Source: Rhizodiscina lignyota (Eukaryota). Taken from it: DNA of 64,000 nt. A program made the translations under genes and the position numbers. Under the pieces are notes generated by a model that was not told the origin of the DNA, searched no databases, and saw only the letters and a list, made by a program, of their open reading frames with translations. Of the stretch, positions 1-13,037 are shown piece after piece. The stretch covers positions 1 through 64,000 of the forward strand of contig ML978127.1 in NCBI GenBank assembly GCA_010015805.1, read 5' to 3'. Every line of letters begins with the position of its first letter. Within the stretch, counting starts at the first letter, position 1.

Positions 1-216
1 CATCAGCAACTCATCCGCGTGTCGAAGTATTAGCCGCTCAGGCTCGCGAATAGATACTTTCCCCTTCTGCATCAAGTCGTCTATGCACGCGATGTACTTC
101 TCAATTAGCGGATAATGAGTTTCGCAAACTGCTTCTCCAGATTGTCAATCAAACGTGAAAACAAGAATGTAACTATGTAATTCCAGGTCCAGATCGAGTC
201 GACTAGGTCTTGTTTT

Positions 217-1821
217 TCACCCACCAGCATCTATCTCCATTCCTGTAGCAACAGCCTCGTCACCCGGAAACACATGGCTGAACACCTCGACGTTGTCGTC
301 GAGCAGCCACGGTAGGTGCTCGCTCTCTGGCGGGAGAGTTCGTGCAAGGCCGTACCCAGGTTTGGGATAGTGAGCCGGTGGGTCATCATTGTAGTAGTCG
401 GGCTCCACCTCTTCTTCCGGTTCTCGTGTGGCTACTGGAGGAGCAGCAGCAGCAGCAGCAGATTCTGATGTTGGCACCGTGCCGTTGGTTGTTCTATTAG
501 AATGGGAGGAGCCGTTCGTAAGGTCCGCTGAGGCTGATGCATGTTGTGCTGATGCATTGGCAGACGGGAAAATCGGCAGGTCTGGATGAAGAGTTGTCGC
601 ATGGACGAGGAGTGAGATGAGCGTGCTCGAGGGCAATGATGAGAAGTGTGTGCGTTTCTGTTTCTCTGTTAGTTTTTATAGCAATGTATGCTCGATAAAA
701 CCGTACATCTTCTTCCGTCCAGTTCTCTCCGGAAACCAATCCAGCCAACTTCACCTCGGTAGATGGACTGTCTAGCGGGACATTTGGCGGTTGCACACTC
801 CCGCCCGCATCTTTCTCCTTCTCTTTCTCCCGCTCTCTCGTGCAGTTTGCGCAGATCCACTCCTTCTCTGGGACGAGAATTACGTCTTTCTCGATAGGTG
901 GATGATGACAGTACTGGTGATATCCAGCGTTGCAATTGTCGCAGAAGACGATCATGTTCGCACTCGGACTATGAGGTCTTCCACAAGTCTTGCATTTCGA
1001 TGAAGCACTCGGTCCTCGACCGCTGTGTTTTCGTCGCTTGGTACCTGTCTGCGTGGGCGATGGGATAACTGGGACGTACGCAGTCGGTTTGTGGACGTTA
1101 CGGCCAGACTTCGTAGTCGTGGGAAGGGGAGTGTAGGAGTTTGAGACGTCAGAGTCGTCCTGTGTTATCATTTGTTAGATTGAATTTCATGCATAAAGAA
1201 CCAAACGCTATTCGATAATCTGAATGAACTCACATCATCGTCCGCATCGTCATCGTCATCGTCGCTCCTCTTCCGCTTTCCTCCTCTACCCCGTCCCCTT
1301 CCACGCCCTCTTCCCCTCCCCCTTCCGCCCCCTCTACCACTCCCAGCACTCCCGGGCGTCTTCATTCCCGCGCTTGAGCTCCCGTTTTCTGACTTGATCC
1401 CACTACCTCTCCCGCGACCCCGCCCTCTCCCAGACGGCGTCCTCGTCATGGCCGTCCCATTCGCGCCCGCCGCAGCAGAAATGCTATCGCTCGTCCGCAT
1501 GTTCTTTAGCACCTGCTCCCGCGCGGCCTCCCAGCCGGGTGCGGTGCCAGTGGCCCCAGAATTAGCATTGATACGCTTCAATATCTCTTCCGTGGATGCG
1601 CTCAGCTGGGGGACCCCGAAGGATGCTGGCGTCGATGTTGGTATTGATGCAGCGCCAGCGCCATTAGGATTCAGATTGCTTGACATGTTAGCCATAGTTA
1701 CAGGCCTTCCCGGTGGGTTCATTGTTGTTATAGGGTCAGAAAAGACTATAGATGGGGGGCGTGGCGGAGAGGATATTGCAGGGACGGTCGACAGGTCACT
1801 TGAGGTTCGTGGGAGGGACAT
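217..1821 (-). CDS. PHD-finger chromatin protein (Phf1/Phf2-like) with RG-rich tracts; 3 exons (1821-1234, 1159-707, 657-217)
   Basis: C4HC3 PHD finger CKTC...IVFCDNCNAGYHQYCHHP...WICANC, TKSGRNVHKP motif, GRGRGRG tracts and an acidic D-run. Introns 1160-1233 (GTGAGT..CAG) and 658-706 (GTACGG..CTAAC..CAG) join three ORFs in frame. Confidence 0.85.
442..460. repeat. (GCA)n trinucleotide microsatellite encoding poly-Ala in the PHD protein
   Basis: agcagcagcagcagcagca read directly from the sequence. Confidence 0.8.
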
Positions 1822-2082
1822 TCTGATGCGGCAGGGCCATGCGACGACAATTACGTGTCAATTGGATTAGATACTCTCGTCAATGGAAGCTCCGAAGCGT
1901 TGCGACAGAAAGATCGTCCTCGACATGGATCGAGTGGAGGTGTGAAGCTGGGAGCCGACCGAATGAGTCGCGCTAGGCCGGATTGGGACTAATAATTAGG
2001 AAGATGCTAGAGGCAAATGGGGCTTGATAATATCCGAGTTGTAATTGATTTCAAGACACTGGTATATGGCTAGTATCTATGT

Positions 2083-3262
2083 CTACTGCCCTCCGCTGAA
2101 CAACCAAAGCATACCCACACCAGCATCTTGTATAAAGCCCTGAGCAGCGCTGACATCGGGACGGAAGCCAACGAATGTGTGGAACAACCCCGGATACACT
2201 GCCAGCTTTGTCGATACGCCATTCTCCTTAAGCACCTCATTGTATATCAATCCGTCATCTCGAAGGGGATCGAGGCCACAGACGGAGATATAATGCGGTG
2301 GCAAGTTCTTGTGTCCTGTTGGCCAGAGCAGCGATGAGAACAGCGGCGAAGTAGGTATGGGCTTGTAGAGATCTATAATCAGACAGGAACATTGAGTTAA
2401 TAAGTGGAACACCATGCGGAGTGCTCAAGTGATTCCTTACCGAGGAGGAAGTCCATCGCTTTCTTGTCGAGAACCGGCGCGTCCCTGCACTGCTCATAGG
2501 ATTTATACAATGCCTTGTATTTTTCTGGGACGGCCTCAGGGTGGACAACTACTGGCGAGAACAAGGACACGCCAGTGATTGGTGGCGAAATACCCTCGTC
2601 GCGAGCCAGAAGAGCTATAATGGAAGAGATATTTGCACCAGCACTTGCACCTCCAATAATGAAGCCCTTGCTTGGGTCTGCTCCAAGGGTCTTTGCGTTC
2701 TCATGCGCCTGTGATATTTAGCTATCATTGTGATTCAGGTTTCACTGGACTAGAGGCACGAACCCACTTGAGAGCATCCCAGCTGTCATTGACAGCTGTG
2801 GGAAATGTATACTCTGGGGCCATACGGTAATCGACCGAAATGGAGACACACCCATTCTTGGCAAGGTTTATGCCTTCTCCTGTATGATACTCTGGAATCC
2901 CACCTAGCCACCCGCCGCCGTGGAAGAATACAGCAAGTGGGCCATCTCCCTTTGGGTTCTCCGGCCTGAACAGCAAAGCTCGGATGCTCGTACCATCACG
3001 GACTGGAATTTTGATCTCTTCCTGCGTCGTGCCGCTCGTATCTGGCGCGGGTAGAGAGCTATATGCTTTGAATACCATAGCATTCAGTCCTTCGCGGTAC
3101 TTTTCGGCAGTTTTGAAGGAACCGAGGGATGGTAAAGGATCGTCTTTCAGAAGCTAGAGAGGAGTTGAGCAGACGAACACGCCAATGATTCGCTTGGAGA
3201 CACTGTACCTTTTCCATCTCTGGGTCAGGCACGCCGTACTGCTCCCACTCCGATGAGTCCAT
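2083..3262 (-). CDS. Alpha/beta hydrolase fold-3 (HSL-family esterase/lipase); 4 exons
   Basis: FFHGGGW oxyanion motif, [13 protein letters not shown] nucleophile, DPLRDDG and YPGLFH. Introns about 3154-3208, 2709-2763 and 2373-2440 restore one frame. Confidence 0.9.
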
Positions 3263-4430
3263 TTTGACGTAAATGTAATAAAGAAGTCAGGTAGAATGGG
3301 AGAAATTAGGAAATCGGAGATGGATGTCAGATCTTATACGATAGGAGAGAGCTAGCAGTCCAGCCTTTAAGTAGTTGCTTCACACATCCTTCATCTCAGC
3401 ATCGGAGGGCAACGGCAATAAACACGACCAAGACGGTACTTCAAATGACCCGCAGATTTCATGCTAAAATGACGGTGTATTAGTTAGCTAGGTCTGCCGG
3501 AGAGTATATGCGGGGGACGAGGTGGCAGTGCCATGGCAAAGACAAGCCACGCTATTGATGCGGAAATAGATAGCCTAGGTTAACAATACAATCGCCGGGC
3601 CCTGAATTTTCCTTATACAGCTCTGGCAGTAATGGCGCTAAGGCGACTGAGTACGTCCGTGATATACAGTTCGCGTAATCTATGGTGGAGTCTATGGGCG
3701 ATGTCAAGAGCAACGCAAAGCCCCACAATGTCTGAAGAAGAGGAGGGGCTAGAACAAGCCGGGGAAGCATGACGGAGGAACTTTAGGGTGCTTGACTAAA
3801 ATGATAGAACAAGAAAAGCAGTGAGATTTCGCGTCGGAGAGATACCTCTGCGGTATGATTCAGGAGAAGCCCTCCAAGAGCAAAGGAAAAGCACGCCTAT
3901 CACAAAAACGCCGAACGTAGATTACTGATATCGAATGCGAAATATGTTGAAGGGCGCAGCGGGAGAGAATGTACATATGTCGAAGCTCCAAGATATGGCG
4001 GTCGTGGTGAAAGGTAAAAGTCAACTATCACCTCCTGAATCCGTCAATCGAGCTGGTGGCCTTATTAGGCAGGGATGGTTAATAATTGGTTAGGTAACGT
4101 CAACGCCTCCTACCTCGGAGCTCCATACACCCCCTTGCACCAGGCTTCGTACACCGTGGCGCAACAGGGTGGGGAAATGAGCCAAGCTAGAAGCGACATC
4201 TTATCAGATGATCAGACCACTTGCAGCTTGGGAGCTTGGGCCTTGTTCTGCTATCGATAGCGCCGAGCTCTCCTATTTATTGATTTATTCTTCCCCACGA
4301 ACAGGCAGCACCGAACACCGGAAACATTGTCGCCGACTCGACAGTCCATCCCAATCCCCACAAACATCGCAGGCTATTTTGAAAACTATAAGCATCCTCT
4401 CAGACTCGACGATTCCCCCTAACATCAAAC

Positions 4431-5654
4431 ATGTCTGCCGAGACGGACACTGTTCCTCAGTCTACTAAGGAGACTCATGATACCTCTGTCAATCCGGCCG
4501 TTGGCGAGACTAACACTGTCCACGAGACCACTGCGGAGGCCCACGACGCCTCTGTCAATCCGGTAGTTGGTGACACAAGCACTGATCCTGGGACCACCGC
4601 AGTAGTCAATGATGCCTCTGCTGCTCCTGCTGTTGACTCCACGAATGCCACCGAGCAGCCTAAGCACGACGAGGCACCACTTCTAAAAGACGAGTCTGTG
4701 ACTCCCAGCGCACCAGTGAAGCCATACGATGCTCTTCTCGCCGATCTCGACGCGATCCTGAAGGAGGCAGACTACGACGAGGTCTATGGTTTGAAGTTGT
4801 CACCGTCGGGTGATCTACACACCAGTGTTATCCTCCAGGTATTTCGAGCCTCCAATTTTATCCCACAGTCACGGTCCTAACACCCACGTGTCAGAAATTT
4901 CTTCGTGCGAACGCAAACGATCTCGCCAAGGCTAAGGAGCAGCTCCTCGCGACTCTAAAATGGCGCAAGGAATACCAGCCGCTCAAGGCAATAGAAGAAG
5001 TATTCTCCAAGGAGCGCTTTGGCGGCCTTGGCTATGTGGTCAAGGTTCAAGAGCTCCCATCTGGAGGACCTGGTGTGGTCACGTTCAACGTCTATGGTAG
5101 TGCCAAGGGCAAAGAGGAGGCCACCTTCGGAGACCTCGATGGGTAGGTGTTTCTCTTTCGCTATTATCGCGCTCCAGAAGTCTATGCATATAGCTAATCT
5201 AATTCATAGGTTCCTTCGCTGGCGCATCGGTCTCATGGAGCTCGGCCTTTCTCATGTCCTCGCGGATCTGAAGTCCGGAGCCAAGACAGATCCAGTTCCC
5301 GACTACGGCGCCGGCCCTGATCCCTACCAGGGCATACAGGTCCATGACTACCTCAATATCAGTATGCTCCGACAGAACAGCTACACCAAAGCTGCGACCG
5401 GCAAGATCATCCCCCTCTTCTCGAAGCACTATCCTGAGACGATGGCAAAGAAGTTCTTCGTCAATGTAGCAGTCCTCGCGGCCTGGATTTTTCCCGTGAT
5501 CAAACTTATGATGCCGAAGGAAACCGCCAAGAAGCTCTTCATGCTGAGCTACGGCACGGAATTAACGAAGGAGGTGGGGAAAGGGATCCCGAAGGCGTAC
5601 GGTGGAGAGGCCGATAGCCTTGAGGTCATCGGTGAGACCTTGAAGTTGGAGTGA
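4431..5654 (+). CDS. SFH5: Sec14-like CRAL-TRIO protein Sfh5; 3 exons (4431-4838, 4895-5142, 5211-5654)
   Basis: YDEVYG, ILQKFLRANANDL..AKEQL..TLKWRKEY, FLRWRIGLME, QVHDY, YPETMAKKFFVNV and IPKAYGG are typical Sfh5 motifs. Canonical GT-AG introns. Confidence 0.88.
4470..4643 (+). repeat. 66-bp (22-aa) degenerate tandem repeat, about 2.6 copies, in the SFH5 N-terminus
   Basis: ETHDTSVNPAVGETNTVHETTA / EAHDASVNPVVGDTSTDPGTTA / VVNDASAAPAVDST; units start at 4470, 4536 and 4602. Confidence 0.8.
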
Positions 5655-6816
5655 ATGCGGAGATGCCTGAATGACCGACACGACTAGATACCATAGATTG
5701 CGCCTCGATAATTTTGTAATTGAATAGAACGACTCCCTGCTCTGCGTACAACTGACCGTCGCTTTAAGATTCGATATATAGACAATGTAACAGGCAAACT
5801 GGTCTTAGACATGGTTATGTTAGCGTAGACAGACGTTCGAGGGAGTATGGTAATGTCTCTTCTTCAACCAACCACCTTGGGATATGGTTGGAGTCTTGTA
5901 GTTTGAATATAGCACGGCAGGGAATGGAAGGCGATCCTTCTCTTTGCCAGCCTCACCGGACTTGCCTATCTGAGGCTAGATCTTTCTCTCGAAGAGATAG
6001 ACTGCTTTCGCACGCAGAAACATTACAACATGACTATGAAAACAAATCTGTCCTTGCAGCCAAAGCCCAGTGAAAGAATAGGCGTCAAAGCTCGACCTGA
6101 TGTTCTTTCACGTCGTGACTCCGGAGATAGAGCATTTCCCACTTGTGGATCTGATGCATATCACAGCATGGCTAGCAGTATATTGGTCAAAAGGAGGAAA
6201 TGCGCTCGGCACAAGACTGCAAGTTGATGTCAATACAAAGACTGGAGTTTCTTAGTAGTTGTAAAGGCGGCCGCCCCCTGTCTCCGCAGTCCGCACAAGC
6301 TTATTAGTCCATGCACGAGGGTGATAAAATAGTTAAGTCCTTTCAAGTTTGAACGTCTTCAGCAAAAGCGAGGTTTCCTCTTCAACGCTAGCGAGAGCAT
6401 CTCTGAAAGGTCGATAGATTATATACCAGAGTTCGTTCATCTAAACCACGCAGCTTCAGCGTGTATAACTTATATTAACTATCGAGGATATATATCCTCG
6501 TAGTTATATATATTGCATCCATGACTCAACTATTTTGTCACCCACTTTGTCCATGTTAGCCCGAACAAGCTCATGCGAAACGGCATTATATTGAGATGAC
6601 CTCTGTCGATTTGAAGCGGAACTAAATTGCATAAAGGAACGAATTGCAATTCGACTGACAAATGCTTAAGCAAAGATGAAGCGAAAGTGGTATCCGTGCA
6701 AATACAATAACAAACGAGCGTTACCGATCGACAGACCACGACCGGTTCGGCCTGCAAAACGCCACATCCTTTCAAATCATTCTGGAACACCTGATCGTCC
6801 CCTTCTCACAGCAAAA

Positions 6817-9472
6817 TCAGCCTCTGAACATCATCATGGCCATCCTCTTCGCCCCCTCTGTCCCATTGCCACCGAGTGCGCTCTGATCTGTTCCATCAGG
6901 ATAGAAGAACGCGGCAACTGCAATTATGACATATGCACCCATCAGCAACGCGCCTTCGAGGTAGTTACTTCGGCCATCCAGAACGAGGAAGTTGACCACG
7001 AAGGCGGTGACGAAGAGGGACACCGTCTCGAAGAGATTGAAGTAGAGCGTCATGTCCTTGCCCATGATCCATCCGAGAAGGACAACAAGCGGGGTCACAA
7101 AGAGTGCTAGAGACACGTTAGTTGGAGAGGCTTGTTTAATTGTAATTGTAAGCAAAGTGACATACCGATCTGAATACTGCTTCCCACAGCAACACCGATA
7201 GCAAGATCCATCTTGTTCTTGGCAGCCACAGTCACAGCAGTAACGTGCTCGGCAGCATTCCCAACGATCGGCAAGATGATTAGGCCAATAAATGTTTGTG
7301 AAACGGACGAGTTGGATGTCATTTCCGGAATAGCATCAACCATGAGCTCAGCACAAAGAGCTACCAAGGCAGTAGAAATTAGGAGGAGGACAATCGCTGC
7401 GGTGCGCGACATATGCGGAACTTCTTCGTCCTCATCGTCACTTTCTGGCTCGATAGGCACGCTGGCCGGTGGAAGAGCAGTCGGAGGCAGAGTTCTAGAA
7501 GGCATTGCTGACAACGCATGCGAGGTGTTCATACGGTCCGGTAGAGATCGAACGCGTCTAGGTCCCATTGGTACTGAACGACTGGAGGTTGATTTTGGTG
7601 GTGCGATCGGGCTTCCGGATGCTGGCGTCGACATGAACACATTCTGCGACAGCATCTTCGGCATTGGCGGACGAAGAGCCTCCCTTTTGATGCGCACGTT
7701 GAACGGATTGCGAGATTGAATCTTTTCTCGCTGCGCCTCGAGCACCTTTTCTTCATTTCTCTCATCTGCAAATTCAACTTTGGGTTGTTGCTGTTCATGG
7801 ATAGATGAAGACGCGTTAGATGCTCCTGCGGGAGCAATCTCACTAACTTCGTATGGTGCCTGACTACTCGCACGATGCTTGCGGGAGCGACTTCCCTTCT
7901 TGTGCTTCTTCTTTTTATGCTTTCGTTCCACAGGTGGAGAATCGTGATCTTCTCGTTTGTCGAAGTCCCGAACGGTGGTTCCACCAGTCTGAGCAGTTGT
8001 CTCATCATCGGCATCCCCATCGTCAGCCACAGGATCGAGAATTGAGGGGCGACGCGAAGTCCCTGGATAAAACTGGTGCGAAGCCGCTGGATGAAACTGT
8101 TCGGGCTCCGCTGATGGCGAGCTGATGGCAGATGGAAGCGAAGGAGTTTCCTTAGAGCTTGCACTGGACTTGCGGCGCTTGCGGTGGCGAAATGCGCGCT
8201 TTATCCGCTTCGCCGTCGTGTGGGAGCCCGAAGAGCTGTCCGTGGCAGTGTCGCTTGACGTATCCGAGGAGCTCGAAGAGCTAGACGAGTTGAGCACATC
8301 GTGAAGGATACCAGGGTGCGATTCTTCATCAATGATGTGCTGCGGTGTGCTTTCGTAAAGATAGGCGTGCGACTTGAGCTGGAAGAGCAAGTATAGAACG
8401 TATATGACAAGAAGGATAACGCTGGTGCCGCGGCTGACCTGCAAAGTGGCTGTATTTGCGGATCCTTGATCTGCCCAGGAGGCGTGAAACGCAGTTGGAA
8501 GTAGCAAGCTCATGACGCTGAGACTGAGCAAGCAAGCACTCATTTGAGTGACGGTACTATTGTAGATCTGTTCCTGGTATCGGAGACCGCCTAGGAAGAA
8601 CGCCATACCTAGGATGAGCAAGAGGTTCGCGAGAATCGAGCCAAGAATGGAAGCTTGAGTGATTCGAATCTCATTCTTAGCCAGAGCAATGATGAAGATG
8701 ATGAGTTCCACAGCATTTCCGAAGGATACGTTAAGAAGAGCACCTAGATCAGACTTGTCAGCCCACTTGCCCCTTATTCAAAGAGCTTCTGGATCACAAC
8801 TTACCCCAGGTATCGCCAAGTCGGCTCGCGACCGCTTCAGTCGCGTGAGCGAGTAGACCAGCTAATGGTACAATAGCGACAGCATTGATTGCGAAAACGA
8901 CGGCTGCATTGAGGCCTGCAAAGCCCACGGCGAGGCCCGCTGGGACGCACACCAATAATATATTAATGTAGGAGTGGAATAGGGCGTCTTTGGTATGCGT
9001 GCCAAATCTAATACAGCCATTTTTTGCACGAGTAAGTGTGCTAGGTTTCGGAGGAGGGTCTTGCTGTTGCTCATCGCGATCTAAGGTGGAAGGTTTCTCG
9101 CCCTTTGATCCTCGTTAGTGTCGTCCACTACACTTGATAGTATTGCGCCAGTATATTGATGAGTGATATCGTCGGAGAGATAAGAAAGGCACGTGTCCGT
9201 CATACCTGAGCTTCATTATTATTCGGGGGTGGGGCGGAGGGAGGTCTAGTTGCGGATGTCGCGTCGGGAATGGATCTTGACGCGTCGACGCCGTCGTCAT
9301 TTCCATCTTTATCGTTGATGGGTTGTGGAGTGGATGTGTCATTGTCGACAGTCGGTTTCCTGCCGATCCCAACGTTCTCTCTGACGTTGGAGCTCGATAT
9401 GGTTCGATTGCTGGCAGCTCTCGACTTTATTCGGTCTGCGATGCTCCAGGATATCGTGTCAGCTTTTCCCAT
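6817..9472 (-). CDS. Vacuolar Ca2+/H+ antiporter (CAX/VCX1 family) with a long central loop; 4 exons
   Basis: Alpha-1 repeat GNAVELII and GSILANLLL; alpha-2 repeat GNAAEH and GSSIQIALFVTP; C-terminal DGRSNYLEG. Introns near 9205-9104, 8804-8743 and 7165-7107. Confidence 0.92.
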
Positions 9473-9507
9473 CGGTTGATGAAGTTGTTGCGGGGTGGAG
9501 TTGGTGT

Positions 9508-9550
9508 AGGAAAGGAAAGGAAAGGAAGGAAGGAAGGAGGAGAGGGGAAG
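9508..9550. repeat. Purine-rich (AGGAA/GGAA)n low-complexity tract; a pyrimidine tract in the 5' leader of the CAX gene
   Basis: aggaaaggaaaggaaaggaaggaaggaaggaggagaggggaag. Confidence 0.7.
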
Positions 9551-10520
9551 ATATGAGTGCTGACGGAATTAGTGCAAACGTTGACGTTGACGTTGATAGG
9601 GTTTTGGAGCTTCGCGGATGCTTGCCAAGAGCCTGGACACTCCACCCAGAACACGAGATGTGAGGCAAACCCCACGATATCCCAGCAAACGACAAGCCCA
9701 CCAAGTTTCTTCGACATGCTTCGTGAATTGGCAAAGCTAAAGAGAAGGGAGCTACTCACGCATCGATCGTTACGTCCCAACGTTTGTATGTCGGGGTATT
9801 TGCAAAGGAATGTTGTGTGTGGCAGAAGGATGGTCGATTTTAGGGTGACGTCTTGTACTTGTACCTGAAGAAGCCACAGCCCAACGTGCGAGCAAACAAG
9901 GTAGAAATGCGCGTGTTAAACGCAACTAGCAGCCCTGTGGCCGTGAAACGCGGCCAAGCGTCATCGCAACGATGGCGTCGCTCCTAAAATCCATAAAGCT
10001 GGGCGCGTCGACCATGCAACCACTAACGAGTCGCGCCCGTAGAGATGCATGCCTCATGCAGCCACTCAAGAGCGACCTGAATACTGCAATTTGCCTGGCG
10101 CGAGGGATTCCAGCAGCGCCTGACTCGCAAAGCGCTCTAAGCCACACTGCGTCGCCACAGTGAATCGGCGATAACTGGCAGTACTTATAATGCCACATCA
10201 ATACAAGTCGTGTCGTAACGTCTATAAACTTTGGTTAAATGGTTCCAGTTGGAGCATTAAGTAAGATGACCTCTGATGTACTCCGTCTATCTATAATAAA
10301 GAGATGCCATGACGACACTCTCCATTTCTCGGCGTGGACCAAGGGATGCGACGATCCCTCGCAATGGGACCGCATCAGGGACCGCGAGTGGGAAGAGTGG
10401 CTTGAGCAAGTCAGATGGACGTTATAACTATCGCCGATTTACGACTCGTTTACTCCGTACCTCAACTCATTCATCGCCCAAAATTCACGACTTTGAGAGC
10501 CCTCAATCATACATTCCCTC

Positions 10521-11423
10521 TCACCATACCGTCTCTCCTTCATCTCCCTTCTTCCAGGCAACCCCAATCCAGGCCTTCATCCCAATCCGCACTCCTTCTT
10601 GAGTCTTCTCAAACGTCCTCAACTTCGCAAACTCGTCTCTTAAGACCCGCTTTGCTTTCTCCAACTCATTATTGCTGTAGTCTGGGAAGAACATGCCTTT
10701 AGCCAACATCATGTTCTCCACCAGCTCATCCATGTCCTTGGCACTCGTATAAGTCGTCACTGGCAGCAGCTCTACGTTGTTGTTGAAGCCGCCTTCTTCA
10801 AGCTGCTTCATGAACCAGCTTCCGCTTGGCGGATTCTTGAACGCAGCCATGGGGCTTTTTGACGTGTCGGAAGGACGGATTTCCTTGCGTGTCTCTTCAT
10901 ATGCGGCCGGCCATACTCTATCTGTTCATCACGCGTGAGATCAAGTGGTGGGCCCAGAAGCCCGACTATGAAGAAACATACCTGCCCAGTTCGATAAGAT
11001 TGCCACGCCTCCTGTTTTCAGCACCCGGAAAACTTCCCTCGTCATCTTCACCGGCCCCTCTGGATCGTTGGGAATCTGTATACCGAGGTTGACGAAGACG
11101 TGACTGAACGTCTCATCATTGATTCCTTCGAGACTCCTCACATCCAATACCTTCGTCTCAACGTCCTTCCATCCCAGCTGCCCCCGTTTCCTTTCTACGT
11201 CGGCAAGCATAGCGGGACTGAGGTCTGAAGCGAGGATTCTAGCATCGGGATACAGTCGTTTGATTTCTTGCGTAACGATTCCTGGGCCGCATGCAGAGTC
11301 CAGAATGTACGATGAGGACGTGATTGGGTTTGTCGATGCCGTGCGGGATACCATTTGCGAGGCGAGCACGGATGTGCACCCACAGCACATGCGCTCATAG
11401 TCGGAGCCATAAATGGGGGGCAT
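10521..11423 (-). CDS. Class I SAM-dependent methyltransferase; 2 exons (11423-10982, 10921-10521)
   Basis: Motif I ILDSACGPG, ASDLSPAM, FSHVFVN and RVLKTGG. Intron 10922-10981 (GTATGT..CAG) joins the two ORFs. Confidence 0.88.
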
Positions 11424-12108
11424 CTGACGGGAAGAGGAGTGAACAAATATATGTAGAATTAAGGCAAGTCGAGATTGGAATGCACGTTGTGAACTCATGC
11501 AAAGAATACTTGGATTAAGACTGAAGTTGGATGGATTATTGAATCATTTGGAGAGCGACATAAAGCGCTTTTATCCTACCTGTGGATTAATAGAACCCTC
11601 CCGCTTCCGGAGACTTGCTTAAGGTTGTGCCGAGAAATTCTCCACTAGTTTGTAGGAGAATTGCTGAGAGTTGAAGGTTGAGGCTGTTCGGAGAGTTTCT
11701 GTTCAAAGCCAAAGTCTCCGGTCGTTCAAGCTAGGCGGAAGGCATGAATCCATCAACATGAAAGAGTAGTATTGCATATACTAAATCATGATTTCGGTAG
11801 AAATGATCGCAAAGTAGCCAGAACACGTAAAAGAATTGTTCCAGAGTGGATATGTTTCATTGTGCATGAAGAGGACCTATGTGAACTGGTATCTATGTTT
11901 GTAGCAACCAACGCCGTGGATATTATCCACCGTGAAGAGTCTATGAGACCTTAGGTGCGCCAGTTCGCTATGCAAATGCCATCCTTGCTATTCATTCATG
12001 AGAAGCCGCATCGTTACGCCTTGCAGGCATGATTTGCCATTGACTTTTCGCCTTGCGGCGTGGGCGTCGTTTTTGCCCTTCTAGTGTGTCATCAGACACT
12101 TCCCCTTC

Positions 12109-13037
12109 TCAGGATTCTCCCCCAGTAGCTGGACTGCTGCCCAGTAAACGTGCCAGGAGCACATAGCCGAACACTGCAGCCCCAACAAGCTTCCACTTGT
12201 TCCTCCCTATCCAGCTCTGTCCAGCATCCCTCGCTTGCTGTCCTCCTTCTACGACAGCGCCGATACCCGTACTTCCAGGTGCCAACCTCTTTCTGAATGC
12301 AGCAGTCTCCGGGGAGCAAGGTGGATGAGCAGCCTAAAATAAGGGAGAATAAATGAGCACAGTTCCAAGTTTAATGATAATACCACAATACAGCCTACCT
12401 CGGGAGCAATTCTCAGTCCGGTTTGAGGGTCAATCCTGTTTTCGCGCATCCATTTCCAGTTCTCCTCGTCCAACTCCGGCCACTCTTGTCGAAATTTTGC
12501 GCCGCCGTCTCCCGCCTTGATAGCACCGACACCGCCTTTGGTAGAGCTTGCTGGCTGCGGAGGCGACACGCCGTCAATTTTGCGTGTCGTGCTGCCGCCA
12601 CCAGTAGAGTTCCACCACCTCGTGCGCCTCGCAAACGCTTTTCGGTCCGCTTCGGTCGCGCGTACACTTCCGGTCGTCATCTCCTCACTCGTCATGAAGC
12701 TCATAAGGCCGATCAGAATCGTGCTAACTTCCCACGCAGGGTTGAAGCTCTTCGGGTGGAAGTCGCTTATGCTTAAGCATAGCCTCGCGCTGGGTTGGAA
12801 GCGGCCTGAAGGAGTGTGCATGCGAATCGCCGGCGGCGCGAATGGATAGTCGGGAGGGAACATCAGCGTGCCCCAGTATTGGCCACCAGCGTATGGAGTC
12901 TCCGGTGGTCCTGTGAGTATGTAGTGCCATTCGAGGATGTTGGATTCGGAGGGGTGTGCGACTACGTATGGAGGTGGGGATTTCTGGATGTTTGCGTACT
13001 CGCGCGTGAGGCGCTTCGTTGCTGCGGGTGTGGCCAT
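12109..13037 (-). CDS. UBC6: Tail-anchored ubiquitin-conjugating enzyme E2 (Ubc6/UBE2J2); 2 exons
   Basis: AATKRLTREY, NILEWHY, PFAPPAIRMHTPSGRF and the catalytic RLCLSISDFHP. After an intron (about 12334-12398) the last exon encodes a C-terminal hydrophobic anchor KLVGAAVFGYVLLARLLG. Confidence 0.95.

Noticed and set aside
1..150. Possible gene fragment at the window edge (minus frame HYPLIEKYIACIDDLMQKGKVSIREPERLILRHADELLM)
   Set aside because: Too short and truncated to establish strand or identity.
7529..8164. 211-aa alternative-frame ORF inside the CAX loop
   Set aside because: Overlaps the real CAX frame on the same strand, with no motif and no ATG-supported context.
10239..10427. 62-aa ORF with a protein-like tail (DDPSQWDRIRDREWEEWLEQVRWTL)
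   Set aside because: Short, with no family motif and no supporting splice structure.
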